Part shown: positions 37,585-49,262 of the stretch, one piece after another | How positions within the stretch are numbered: position 1 is the first letter of the stretch | Layout of the letters: each line of letters opens with the position of its first letter | Translations under genes and position numbers: made by a program | The notes under the pieces: generated by a model | The model's database searches: none | What the model was told of the DNA's origin: nothing | What the model saw: only the letters and a program-made list of their open reading frames with translations | Origin: a virus | Virus record (IMG/VR): IMGVR_UViG_3300050343_000135 | Span: 1 to 64,000 of that record | DNA length: 64,000 bases | Direction: 5' to 3' (one strand)

Positions 37585-37655
37585 ATTTCTACTCTTAATT
37601 AGAATTATACCAAAAACATACAGCAAATGTCAAGAACTGTTTTTTGCAGGTGTTA

Positions 37656-38958
37656 CTAGAACGTTGTGGCTGTAGTTTCAAATGTATATAACGCATATCG
37701 CATAGCATCAGCCATATGGGATGCCATGTTATGTTTTGGGTTTCTCTTTCAATAAATTAGGGTTGGGATCCCATTGATATTGGTCTAGGGATGATATGGC
37801 TTCTTTGCAGTTTGGTTTACAATAAGGTCATCATTATCTACTATGCCTGCTACATGACCTATTCCATCTAATACTGATTTTTTGGCGTTTATAGTACTAA
37901 TATCATAGTTTTGTGCAAAGTCGTATCTTGTTTGTTGAGCCGCAGAGTCAATATAAATATAATCAATATCCCATTTTTGAATTAATTTTTGGATGTGTAT
38001 TGCGTGCTGTTCTGTAGTTCTTTCTGAGTCCATATACTCGTCTAGAAGATAGTATTTTCTTTCATCCCAGTCATATGCAATTACACAAAAAGCTGTAGGG
38101 TCTTTGTACCCTACATCAAGTCCTGCAAAAACATCCATATTTTTAACATCAATTTGAGATAAGTCTGCTATACATTTTCGTGATTAAATGCCCATACCTG
38201 ACCTTCATAAACATTAAAGTCTGCCATATACTCTTGGCAAACTCATTTGCTGACATTGTCTTTTTTGCTTCTATAATATCTGATTCTGATACACGAGGAT
38301 TCTCATGATAAGTTGCTTTTACGGAGCACCACTCTGGAAACTCTTCGCTGTACCCTCTGTAGTAAAACTCTGCAAAATAATTATTTCTACCCCTTGGAGT
38401 AGATATAAAGATTGCTTTTGAGTTTTCTTTGTCTAGTGTGGGACTGTAGTGCAACATTGAAAGCATCCCTCCCATCTGTAGAGCTGCCTCATCGAATATA
38501 ATGAGATCGTATGACTTCTACCCACAACTGAATCAACTTGGTTAATGGAACCCATACGAATCGTAGAATTATTTGAAAGTTCAATAACTTTATCTTTTGC
38601 ATTGTCTCTAAGTACCTCTAAATCAAAATGTTTAATAAGATTTCTTTGTAAATCAAATGAGATTTGCGATAATGAATAGTTAGGTGACATTAATAGTACA
38701 TGACTGTTCAGGTACTAAACAAACTAGTTGTCCTATTATATTTGAAATGTAAGTTTTGCCTTGACGACGAGAAACAGCCGCACAAACAAAACGATATTTA
38801 GGATTGTTAACAGCATTTATAATTGCTGTTTGGGAAGTGTTGGGCTTAATACCTAGTAGATCTAGATAACCCTCAATAGGTAGCTTTACAAATCTATCCT
38901 CAGAAGGAATGTCCATTAAGTACTTACTTTCTATGTCTGTTCTGCTTATCTCTATCAA
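37656..38958 (-). CDS. terL: Terminase large subunit (fragmented by indels)
   Basis: SRRQGKT Walker A, FISTPRG, GLDVGYKDPTA nuclease motif, SHMADAMRY. Confidence 0.9.
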
Positions 38959-39191
38959 TGTATTGTCTCAGGTGGGAATATGTCGTTATAGTCATCAGAG
39001 TCTTCTAATAGACCTGAATCTAAGAGGATATTATATAAGTAACAGTAAGAAGCTGAAACATGCTTTAGCTTCTCTTCGGAAGGGGATAGTTTTCTTTTCT
39101 CTGAAGCATCCATTAACTGGTTCAGAAACTTGTTAGCGTAAGTTATGTTCTCTTCTAACCATAACTTTCTGCCGTCTTGTTTTGCGCTCAT
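38955..39191 (-). CDS. Hypothetical protein
   Basis: 78 aa ORF coupled to terL. Confidence 0.5.
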   Translation of the reverse strand: MSAKQDGRKLWLEENITYANKFLNQLMDASEKRKLSPSEEKLKHVSASYCYLYNILLDSGLLEDSDDYNDIFPPETIH

Positions 39192-40254
39192 TTTCTACGT
39201 TTTAGTCCTCTAGTATTTTTGTGATTTCGGAGGTAACTTCTTAGATCCTCCTTTACCTGCCCAGAATACTTTATTTGCCCAGTAAGCCGCGGACGACTTA
39301 CCTTTGGCAATATTTTTTCCGTGTCGGGCTTTGAAGCTTTTTCTAGCTTCAGGACTGTAATTGTGTCCCATGCCTTGTGCACCAAAGCGGATGATTTTCA
39401 CCTTTCCGCCAACTCTAACTCCTACTACAGCTTTCTTTGTTCTGTGTTTAGGTGTTCTTTTAGGTTTATTAAGTCTAGAAAGCCCAGCTCTTTTGAGCCT
39501 TGCTTTTTCTGCTTTTGTTAGTGCCATTAGACTCTCTTACCAAATCTCGCTCTTGGGGGGTTTGTAGTCTTACCATACCTTGGTCCAATAGGTTTAGCTG
39601 CAGCTTTGTATCTCATTGCTTCTACACCGTATGGATTTTTAGTATTAACCAAAGCTCCTGCTGCTGCATTCATATCTCTGGTAATTCCTCTTTTTAGTTT
39701 ATGTTTTCTGATCTTCTGGGTATTGTGTTTCCCAGTAGGTCCTTGTAAAAAAACCTGCCATATTTCTCTCCTTTTGCTTAGCGTTTACGTCTAGTAGTAC
39801 GCTTCTTTCTTTTTGCGAAGGTTCTTACCATTGTAGGCTTACCTCCGACTCCTTGTTTAACAGATCTTTTCCTGCGAATTGCTGAACGAATCTGTGTTTT
39901 AGTCATTCTAGCGGCTTTGGCTCTTGGTACACATTTGGGATATTTTCCTTTCTTGGAAGTTTTACGTCCACAAGGCATGTATCCACCGCCTTTCTTAGGT
40001 CTTCCATATATCCACCCATTTTTCTTTAAACCATTTACTTAGGCCACCTTTAGGTTTTGCCATTATTTTCTCTTACGTCCAGTACCCATACGATACCTTC
40101 CGCCTTTGGCTTTGTATGTTTTTACAAGCCAGCCATTAGCATACGCTGATGGATATACTTTAAACTTGCGTTTGGCTTGTGCCTTGATCCTAGCATATAG
40201 CGTAGGATTTGTAGGCACAGGCTTTTTCTTAACTGCTTTTCTTTTTCTTGGCAT
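39188..40254 (-). CDS. Four consecutive small, very basic proteins (39188-39527, 39527-39761, 39778-40063, 40063-40254)
   Basis: K/R-rich ORFs with IIRFGAQG..RKSFKARH..SAAYWA, KWFKEKWVD..PCGR..YPKCVP and KFKVYPSAYANGWLVKTYK motifs. Confidence 0.65.
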
Positions 40255-40255
40255 T

Positions 40256-40688
40256 TTACTCTGGATCGCCTGGAACCCAGTATGGATGTTCCCCATCCAC
40301 ATTCTCTAGCATTTCCATGGCCTCTGCGGTATAGTCCGCAATGATTTTATTTGGACCTTCAAATTCGACACCAGCTGTGTCCCATTCAACAGTTACAGTT
40401 AGTTCATTACCATTTATGGCAGTAACTCTAGAGTCTCTCCATGTTCTACGATTACCGTTCTCATTTTCAGGACCGTATATTCTCCATAGCTCATTAATCT
40501 CCATCTAAAGTGTCCCAATTTAGTACTCTAACATCTATTGCAATGTTTTCACCAATCTGATTCTCATCAAAAGAGTCCTCTTCTATTGTCATATGGAATG
40601 CAAAATCATCAATATAATATACAGTACCGTCTTGGTACCCATTATCATTGTATGCTCTTACGTTGTGTCCAACCTTCGGCAACGCCAT
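40256..40688 (-). CDS. Two small acidic hypothetical proteins
   Basis: Overlapping ORFs 40256-40504 and 40494-40688, with SD GGAG. Confidence 0.5.
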
Positions 40689-40826
40689 TCTATTCTCCTA
40701 TATTCTGAGTAGTAATTTTAGCGTCTTTTTGAGCTTTAATCATAGCATCTTTGATGTCGACTTTGCCATCTCTGTTCTGGTCTTTGCCTAGTTATGATGT
40801 TCCATATAATTCATTAAATATTCCAT

Positions 40827-40970
40827 TTACTTTTTCCTTTTTAGTATTGCTCTCTGTAAGGCTTTAGGAAGTTTTTTCTGCGCTGCAGTTAAACCCTTCT
40901 TCTTTTTACCTTTTCCTTTTTTCTTTGGTCTTCCGACCTTTGAACCGTATGTTCCTTTACCTCTTGGCAT
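40827..40970 (-). CDS. 47-aa protamine-like basic peptide
   Basis: MPRGKGTYGSKVGRPKKKGKGKKKKGLTAAQKKLPKALQRAILKRKK; SD GGAGG. Confidence 0.65.
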   Translation of the reverse strand: MPRGKGTYGSKVGRPKKKGKGKKKKGLTAAQKKLPKALQRAILKRKK

Positions 40971-41229
40971 GATCACCTCCCCATAGTCCTTTCGGACACT
41001 TTGCCTTTTTTATTTGTACTTTTAAAGGCATGTAACATTTACATATGTTACAATAGTTAAACTTTGGCACTAGTTCTGGACACTTTCTTACAAATGTCAA
41101 GTCTAGCCTGTTGGTTGACGTGAGTAAAATCTAGCGTGCATCTTTCTGTATTGTAGCTTACGCCTACTCTTGTTACCGTCTATAGTCTCTAAACATATGT
41201 ATCTACCTCTCTTTTCTTGTAGTCAAGTA

Positions 41230-43200
41230 TTATTTTTCGATGGTATATATTTTAACTGGTTCCGATTTTCCTTTTACAGTTACATTCATCTAAAAACTTA
41301 TAGTCAAATCCATCTACTAAACTGTGTTCAGATATTATTAAATCTGCATCATAGTTCTTACAACTTGATTCTAACCTAGCAGCAAGATTAACAGCATCAC
41401 CCAGAACGGAATAGTCAAACCGAGTACTACTACCAAAGTTTCCAACAACGCAGGCCCCGTATTGATTCCAGCTCCTGTGTTAATTTGGTCAAGGCCCTCT
41501 TCCTCTAAGTGTTTCATTTAATTCTCCTAGTGCTACTCTCATTTCAAGATAGCTGCTTCTGTGGCTTTTCTTTCTTGTTCTTCTACATCTAGAGGAGCGT
41601 TCCAAAAGCCATAATGCAATCGCCCATATATTTATCAATTGTTCCTTCGTGTTTAAGAATTATCTCAGTCTGGTTGTCTAGAAAACGATTTATAAGTCTG
41701 TGTAAGACCTTGTGGGTCTGATTGGTATTTTTCAGAAATTGGTGTGAATCCTCGAATATCAGAAAAAAGAAAAGTGAGTCGTTTTGTCTCCCCACCCAAT
41801 CTCAGTAATGTGAAGGGTCTTTTTGTAATTTTTTTACCAAAGCAGGGCTAACATACGTCCCGAATTGTTGTTTAATTCCATTCTCAAGAAAACTGCGTAA
41901 TGAAATTCCTGAAAGTTATGATAGCTCCAGAATAAAAACCCGATAAAATTGTGCCAGAAACGTCAAACTAAGTAAGAAGATTTGTACATTTCCAGGGTTA
42001 AAGTATATAAGGCCTCCAATAGTAAGTGCTAATACTGGAAGTGACAGCCATATACGAGATGCTGTAATCCAAAGTAATAGTAGAGCCAGAAGGGCGGCTC
42101 CTAGCTCTACTGCTACACTCCATGTCGGTTGATGGATGGGCTGTTTCCTTCTATAAGTGAATGAAGTACGTTTGCTTGTATTTCATGAGGGTATACTGCT
42201 CCTTGTGCTGTAGGCACGGGATTGGTTACACCTTCAGCAGTTACTCCAAAGATAACAAAGGGAGCAGGTATAGGATTCTCCATGTACTCTGCTGCAGTTT
42301 GTCTATAGAAAACATTTTGTTGAATCCATACTCTTGCGTTTGCGTCTGTATGTATAAGTGGATAGTTTGGTATACGTACCCATTCTATGCCACCTTCGCT
42401 TGTCTTAATTTGATAACTTGGATCACCGACACCAACTCTCAACATCTCTAACGCAAAAGAGGGATATAATCCGTCTTGGCTACTTACGACTACGGGAAGT
42501 CTTCGTACGACTCCGTCTACTTCTGGGCTTGAGTTTATTAGTCCCTACGCCTTCTGCTGTTACTTGTAACTTTGGTAGTTGTCTTAAAATTCCGGGATAG
42601 TTGAATAGCCATTCTTTTGGGTCACCTCCTAGTTGAGCAGTACCTACATGAGGCCCTGCTTTTGATGCCTGTGTTGAAGCTGCATAAGCTAAAACACTTG
42701 GTTTATTTGATAGTGAGTAGGCAAGTGTGTTGTCGTACTCAATACCGCGTAAGTCGGGATCGGGCATGAGAATCGTAAAACCGGGAACACCCGATGTCAT
42801 GTCTATCATGCTTGCGAATAGGCTTCTTGGTAGTGGATAACCTCCGTAGGCTTCTACTATCTCTTCATCTAAATCTACAAGAAGTATGTTTCTCGTTTTG
42901 TAGCATGTTTCTGTTAAATTTGCACCTAGACATGCTTCAAAGATAATTCGTAAATGTTTCCATTATAGTTCAAGGAGAAAGTATTAGGAACTTGTTTATC
43001 CTCAAAATGTTTAGTCTCTTTTAAATAAGGGTTCCAGATTAAGTATTTATGTAGTCCTTCATGAGAAAATATCGTACTATTATCAAGTTTGTTCATATTA
43101 GATCCCATCCATGATTTGCTATAGCGTTAAGTATAATAAAGATACAAGTTGCCATATGTGTAAACCACCAAATAGTTCGTATGATAGCTATCTTATCTGC
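41230..43200 (-). CDS. CHASE2-domain membrane class III adenylate cyclase (heavily frameshifted; start approximate)
   Basis: [56 protein letters not shown]; upstream GGYPLPR and [16 protein letters not shown]2-type motifs plus TM segments. Confidence 0.8.
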
Positions 43201-43310
43201 TTGAGAATCAGTTTCTCCTACTTTCTCTCCAAGGGACTTTAGCCCACAAGTCTCCAGTATTTATTCATTGTCTATAATTATTTTTGTATTGTTTATTACG
43301 GCTAAAGTTA

Positions 43311-43610
43311 CTAGGAAGTATTGGCAAAGAGTACAAAACTTTCATCTTCTTCCCAAAATATTCCTCCGTATCTTGCAAGTTCAGTCCACACTAATTTATG
43401 TGCTATAAGTCTTGTCAAAGAAGGGTCTGCAGGTAAAAAAGGATTTGCTTCTGATGCGTAGCCTTGTTGTACTGCATGATAAGTAGTAAGTACATCTAAT
43501 GTATTGATTACAAAGTAGTACTTATGACTGGGTCTTTCAAAGTCAATTCTCATTTGGAACTTGCTACGTTCTATGAGTTTGCCGTCTATCTCTATTTGGT
43601 ATAGTCCCAA
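43311..43610 (-). CDS. Hypothetical membrane protein
   Basis: TLDVLTT...EANPFLP motif. Confidence 0.45.
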   Translation of the reverse strand: MGLYQIEIDGKLIERSKFQMRIDFERPSHKYYFVINTLDVLTTYHAVQQGYASEANPFLPADPSLTRLIAHKLVWTELARYGGIFWEEDESFVLFANTS

Positions 43611-44756
43611 GGAAGATCAACCTCCAGATTGACGGATGCGAATAGTGGATTGACCACCAGAATTAAGAATAATGTTATATGCTTTACCATCTTGCTCAAT
43701 TATTATATTATAGCTTGTCTCACCATTGAGATCTAAGTTGTACTGATTGTGATGACGCTACGAATAAGTAGTTATCTTTTCAGCGTCCCCAAAAGTTAGT
43801 AATTTGTGTAGTTGGATCTTGTCCAAACAATGTACCTTGTATATCAAATTCTGAAAAAAGCTTGATGCTCCTCGTTGTTCTGCTATTGCAAGAGCATCTA
43901 GTTCTTCGATAACTTCTAATAAGTCTTCGAGAAAGTTTACATCTAAGTAATCTATATCAAGTTCATTAAAAGCTAAGTTATCTTCTGTCAAGGTAAGTCT
44001 ATATCTAACCCGTCGTAAGCGAGGTAATCGACATCAAGAATATTGTCATGAGAGTCATCATTTCCAACTCTGTCCTGCAATTCATCTTCTTCTTCATTTT
44101 TAGGAGGGCTTACTATAAGCATATTGTCTATGATGTCTAAAGTGATAAGTCTAGTATCATTGGTTTGTAGTTGGTGTACTTTCCCACATACTAGTAACAG
44201 TAGATTCATAAGGTTTATTTAATATGACTTCTCCCATAGCCTGTTGCTAACTACAATCTCACCTGAGGGAAGTCCCGTATTTGTGTCTGGTAAGTAAGTA
44301 TTACTAAACTTCTACCCAACTCATCTACAGTAACTGTGAAGTCAGTTCCACGAATTGCAATACTGTGATGTTGGTGTTTCGAGATCTTAATATTTTTCTT
44401 TATTAATCTTCACCAATCCACCTGTTATAAATCGTGCTGTTCCACTTGCAAACTTTCATCGACATCTGTGACTTACTAGGGATTGGGTCAAAGATTACTT
44501 TGTCTATTATAAGTTTACTGTGTTCTGTTAGTCTGACTACTGAATTGTCTAGGAATGTTATACCTACTCGCCCATTAGCTGTACGTACATCATCCATTTG
44601 CTCAATGTCAAATCCTAAGTCCGTTTCGTAGGGCTTGTCTCTAAGTACTTGCCCTACTCCACGTAGTTCTGTAATGCTTCCTATATCAGCATGAAGTGGT
44701 AGTCCCACCATCATTCTGAATAACACAAATATTGCTATTGCTCGCATTACTTTCAA
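43610..44756 (-). CDS. Secreted FecR-domain protein (fragmented)
   Basis: Signal peptide; DDVRTANGRVGITFLDNSVVRLTEHSKLIID; IAIRGTDFTVTVDELG; acidic LDIDYLDVNFLEDLL tail. Confidence 0.75.
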
Positions 44757-45403
44757 TTTTCAACCAGTCGGCTGCTAAAGTTGACTGCTGTTTAATAACC
44801 GCAGTATTACTACTCTCCCTCTAAGTCGAGGTAGAAGTATTTAGCATCGCTTGAACTAGCTCCATATCCGGATTGGATAAAAGTTAAGTTATTGCTGTCT
44901 CCAAGAATATCCATATACATAGTAGCATAATCTAGCATCTATGTCTACAGTTGCATCATTACTATCACCATCGATAATCCAATCAATGTCTAAGTAACTT
45001 GCTCCTGAAACTTCTGCAATGTCTATATCTGCAATGTTGAAGGAACCAGTGACATCAATGTTAATATCATTGCTGTCTGCTGTGTTTAGCCCGGTTGTGT
45101 CCATGCTAAAGTCCCATTCATTGGAGTCTCCATCAAATTCAAAAAAGCCAGTAAAGTTATCACCAAATATTCCATCGGTGAAAAACTTATTAGAGCTTCC
45201 TATTTGATTGATGTCGAGTGTCATTGTTGATCCATTTAGAATTGCTGCTGTCATTGAACCTGTAATTGCATCATCACCACCAATTATATTGCTAGATCCG
45301 AGCTGTTCAATATCAATAGACTTGCATTATCTCCTGTCTGGTCAATATAGATTTCGTTGTCTGCGAACAGACCAATTGATAAAAATAAGATTAAAAACCT
45401 CAT
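44750..45403 (-). CDS. Curlin-like secreted beta-repeat protein (frameshifted)
   Basis: MRFLILFLSIGLFA-DNEIYIDQTGDNA; repeats IEQLGSSN, INQIGSSN, DGDSN. Confidence 0.6.
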
Positions 45404-45404
45404 C

Positions 45405-46271
45405 TTAGTCTCCCATATAGTACTTCCAGTACCCTTGTTCCTGTCCTTGCGATACCTACTAATTCAGCTACTGCTGTTTCAATGGCTGCTTGTATTGCTA
45501 TATACTTAGGCTTCGTTCATGGCGTTGCCAGTTTCGAACTCAATCAAGTCATTATCTGAATGAAACCTAAAGTAATCGGTTACTGACTAAGCCCTACGGA
45601 GAGGATTGCTTTTGAAGTAAGGATGTCCAATAAGAATTTCTCCTGTACTCACAGAAACCATTCTTATTGATATCACCACTTTATCCTCACGATATTGCTT
45701 AGAGTTTCCTATACCTAAATAGCGGGCTCCAACTCCCCCGGTTAGCAAGTTAGTATTATAATCTACTAATACCTCCTTCTAAAATAAGACTCCAGCATAC
45801 AGTAAGTGGTAACTGTTTGTCTTTCGTCATCAAATTTTTCACGAGTAGAACGAATTAACTGACGCTCCTTAGTTAGGTGGTCTAATCCTTTTCTTTCTAC
45901 TACTTTGAAGAAATTTTGATATGTTTGAGTGCTCTTATTAAGTAAGCTTCTGGAGCTTGTGTTATGGCACTAGAGAAATCTGCGATTCCATCTCTTGATT
46001 TTCTTTGACCTGTTAGGTCTTCAAATTTATATATAGCAACAACGGGCGTTCTTGCCGGTAGGGGTAGATTTTGTATTGCTTTTGTTACTGGTTTTTCAAG
46101 TATAGCGTCTCCTGAGAAGCATTTTGCTTTACTTACGACAATGTTTACTAAGATATTTGTAGTCGTTGTTCTGGATTCCATCATACAAGGAGATACATAA
46201 CCGATAATATGCCAGTTTGCACAACTAGAAACCAAAGTCGCCAATAGGGATAGTAATAGTAGTTGTCTCAC
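45405..46271 (-). CDS. csgG: Curli secretion channel lipoprotein CsgG (frameshifted)
   Basis: Lipobox LVSSC; VVAIYKFEDLTGQRK..FSSAITQ; VVERKGLDHLTKERQLIRSTR; GGVGARYLGIG. Confidence 0.85.
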
Positions 46272-46746
46272 CTGTTGCTCTCATTAAATATGGTCATTGT
46301 TATTGTAATTCCATCTGTTGTCCATGTAATTCAGATTATCATACAATTGAAATGATCCTTCCTCTGCAGGGTTTTCTCCGAATAGGCTATCAACTAGCTG
46401 TCGGGATAACTGTGCATATACTCTACTTTCAAAGTTCTTAATAAATCTTGCGAGAGTTGTATTATCTGCTTCTCTCTTTGCTGCGTCTGCTAAAGCTTTG
46501 ATCTCAGCTTTTACTGCGTCCTTTTTTGTTTGTTCTTGTGAGTCAATCGTTAAGTAATGACTTGATGTTCCCGAGCCTGAGAATGAAGGACTCTTAAATC
46601 CGAACTTGATTTCATCTGCTTGCTAGTTCCCATATAAGTAGAGGAAGTATAGTGAGCCACCACCAGTGTGTAACTGGTTGGTACTCTTTCTTATTAGACA
46701 AATTGTCTGCTGTTCGTTGAAATGACTTCTCTTTTATCTGTCTTCA
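46240..46746 (-). CDS. csgF: Curli assembly protein CsgF (frameshifted; ends approximate)
   Basis: DEIKFGFKSPSFSGSG..HYLTIDSQE...NFESRVYAQLSRQLVDSLFGE; directly upstream of csgG. Confidence 0.7.
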
Positions 46747-47283
46747 TTTTCTTTCAATTGTAAAACTGTGTCTAGTTTCTTTTGGAGACGAATCATATCG
46801 TTATCCAACATTCTTATCTGGTCTATTAGACTAAGAATAGTCATTTTCATATCTTCAATTGCAGGATCAATCTTTTCTGTTATAGTAGTCCATACAAAGT
46901 ATACGAAATACCCTAAACCGACCATTGCAACAATTGGAAAACCAAACTGCTGAATTGCATCAATCACGTCTTGCATCTATACTCCCACTCTCTACAAAGT
47001 TTTCTGCTCTAGAGATTCTATCTAAATCGGGTGTAAGTCCAAGTGCAGTACTGACGCTCATGTCTATTCGAATCATATCATTGTTCATAGTCTTAATACG
47101 AGTAATTAGCATACTTGAAATACCTTTGACTTCTTGAGTATCTCCAACTACATCATCCATTATTTTTCGTATGATTAAAAAGATAAAACCGCCCATGAAC
47201 AATGCGGCGGCTATTGGTGCTCCTACTTGAGCAATAACATCAAATATACCTAGCTCTTCCATGGACACCACGGTAAGACCCAA
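46734..47283 (-). CDS. Two paralogous small single-TM/coiled-coil proteins
   Basis: GFPIVAMVGLGYFVYFVW..IRMLDNDMIRL and GAPIAAALFMGGFIFLII..IKTMNNDMIRI. Confidence 0.65.
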
Positions 47284-47455
47284 TATTTATAAAACATTTA
47301 TTATCTCCTGATTAATTGCCATACAACCAAACATACCGCCAAAGACCACTAATTGTACCACACTTGCGTATGCTACCTGTCTCATTGGATGAATCTGTAC
47401 TATCTTCTCTATCCAGCTCTCCGAAGGCGATAAGTTTACTGCTTGTAATATCTTT

Positions 47456-47773
47456 TTAGAATCCAACGCTTACTCCACACCCACATCTGTAGGTTTCCTT
47501 TGGATTAATAAAAACAAAACTTTCATTTAATCCCTCTATTTTATAATCTAGTGTTAATCCTTCTATGTACGGGGCGGAAGTCGGGTCGACTCTAAATCGA
47601 ATCATCCCCCAATCCAGTACCAAATCACTTGGATAAGTTTCACGACTAAAATCAAAACTATACTCCATACCGCCGCAGCCGCCCCCAGTAATACCAAGTC
47701 TAAAAGACGGGTTCTCCTGTTGGCCTGCTTTCTGTACAAGTCTAGTATACGCTTCATTTGTTATTTCAATCAT
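47456..47773 (-). CDS. iscA: Fe-S cluster A-type carrier IscA/HesB
   Basis: GGGCGGMEY and CGCGVS motifs. Confidence 0.9.
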   Translation of the reverse strand: MIEITNEAYTRLVQKAGQQENPSFRLGITGGGCGGMEYSFDFSRETYPSDLVLDWGMIRFRVDPTSAPYIEGLTLDYKIEGLNESFVFINPKETYRCGCGVSVGF

Positions 47774-48065
47774 CTCTTTTCCAACTTATATCGGACTTGG
47801 TCTCAATAGCGTCCTGAGCCGCCTGTATGTAATCTCTATCTTCGTCAGAGAGTACAGACCAGAATTTACTTATAGTTAATGTATGTTCATAAACTTCGTC
47901 GGGTTCTTGAAAATGATAGTCATTTTCCATCATTTCCTGGAGCTTGTCCATTCTTTGATTTATCTTGGCTCTTAGTCCGAAGATTCTTTCCCAACCATCA
48001 TCATACTTTTTGTTTGACGATTTCGTTGTGAGTGTATCTCCTGTTATTTCGTTTTTTGTTGCCAT
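47766..48065 (-). CDS. Hypothetical phage protein
   Basis: MATKNEITGD..YDDGWERIFG. Confidence 0.55.
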   Translation of the reverse strand: MATKNEITGDTLTTKSSNKKYDDGWERIFGLRAKINQRMDKLQEMMENDYHFQEPDEVYEHTLTISKFWSVLSDEDRDYIQAAQDAIETKSDISWKRDD

Positions 48066-48110
48066 TTTCTATTACCACTCTTACGACTCTTTGTATTCGG
48101 CCGCTTTTCA

Positions 48111-48524
48111 TCATATTGTTAAATTTTTTCCACATTTGTTTTCCCAGTTCTCAATTGCTTGTTTAATTGAGTCTTCGGCTAAAACAGAACAGTGTAGTTT
48201 TATGGGAGGTAATTCTAATGCCTCCGCTATGTCTTTATCTTTTATTAGTTTTGCTTCTTCTATTGTTCTGCCTTTCAGCATTTCTACGAACATTGTGGAA
48301 GAGGCGATTGCACTACCGCAACCATAGGTTTTAAACTTGACATCTATTATCCTATCAGTTGAGTCTAGTTTAAGTTGTAGTTTCATTACGTCACCACAAG
48401 CGGGAGCGCCTGTAATGCCTGTTGCTACTTGGGGGTCTTTAGGGTCGAATCTTCCGACGCTAAACTGTTTCGGACTATTTAAAACTTCATAAAACCTTTC
48501 GGTGACTTTTTTACTGTACGCCAT
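48111..48524 (-). CDS. iscU: Fe-S scaffold IscU
   Basis: GAPACGDVM, FKTYGCGSAIAS, LPPIKLHCSVLAED (three Cys ligands plus LPPxK). Confidence 0.95.
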   Translation of the reverse strand: MAYSKKVTERFYEVLNSPKQFSVGRFDPKDPQVATGITGAPACGDVMKLQLKLDSTDRIIDVKFKTYGCGSAIASSTMFVEMLKGRTIEEAKLIKDKDIAEALELPPIKLHCSVLAEDSIKQAIENWENKCGKNLTI

Positions 48525-48984
48525 CAGTGTTCTTTAAGAGTTTTTCCATTAACTTTCCATAGTTACCGGATCCGAAACTGCCATCATTTACTTGAATATT
48601 TGTTTGTTGTTTGATACTCGTAGCCTGTGCTTTTTCTAGTTCTGCTTGAGCCTTGATTTCGTCCATTCTCATTTTGTGTGCCATTTGAAGTAGGTCTGCC
48701 AGGTCTTTACTAGTATAAATTTCTGACTCTTCTGCTTCTTCCATTTTTTTATCGATTAGTGTATCTAGTGTATCTGCTAGTTTAAATCTATTTCTATATC
48801 CCATATCTAAATAGACAGTGTCAATATATTGTTTGACTTCCCTACGGTTTAGCATTTCGCTTATAACGTTTTGCTTTACTCCTAATCTATGGCTAACAAC
48901 GGATATAGAGCCGTGCTGCAAATATGAATTTGCGATCTCTAACCCTTCTGGACTTATTTTTGTTGTTAATGCTACGCTTGACAT
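48511..48984 (-). CDS. terS: Terminase small subunit (T5-type)
   Basis: ISPEGLEIANSYL..EVKQYIDTVYLDMGYRNR..NYGKLMEKLL; last gene before the strand switch. Confidence 0.75.
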   Translation of the reverse strand: MSSVALTTKISPEGLEIANSYLQHGSISVVSHRLGVKQNVISEMLNRREVKQYIDTVYLDMGYRNRFKLADTLDTLIDKKMEEAEESEIYTSKDLADLLQMAHKMRMDEIKAQAELEKAQATSIKQQTNIQVNDGSFGSGNYGKLMEKLLKNTDGVQ

Positions 48985-48990
48985 AGTATA

Positions 48991-49019
48991 ATTATACTAA
49001 AAATGGAACCATATGTCAA
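48991..49019 (-). promoter_or_regulatory. Sigma70 promoter; predicted leaderless terS transcript
   Basis: TTGACA-N17-TATAAT; ATG is 7 nt from the -10 box. Confidence 0.8.
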
Positions 49020-49190
49020 GAATTATTTATCCATATGTATCATTATGATACTACACGGCGCTTTTTATATACTTGCAAATTTTTTAAAGTTGTACGTGCG
49101 GGGGAGCCTGAGCGTGGGTGTAAATGTCGGTCTATGAACCCCCCACCTATGCCGACCAAAAATTGAACAATACCCCTAGAAGGAACAGAG

Positions 49191-49262
49191 ACGCTCTCTA
49201 AGGCTCTCTAATGAAAAAGAGGTGCATAGGCATTAAAAAATAAATAACGCCTTAGAGAGCGT
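49191..49262. repeat. 14-bp perfect inverted repeat at the strand switch
   Basis: ACGCTCTCTAAGGC (49191-49204) / GCCTTAGAGAGCGT (49249-49262). Confidence 0.8.
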
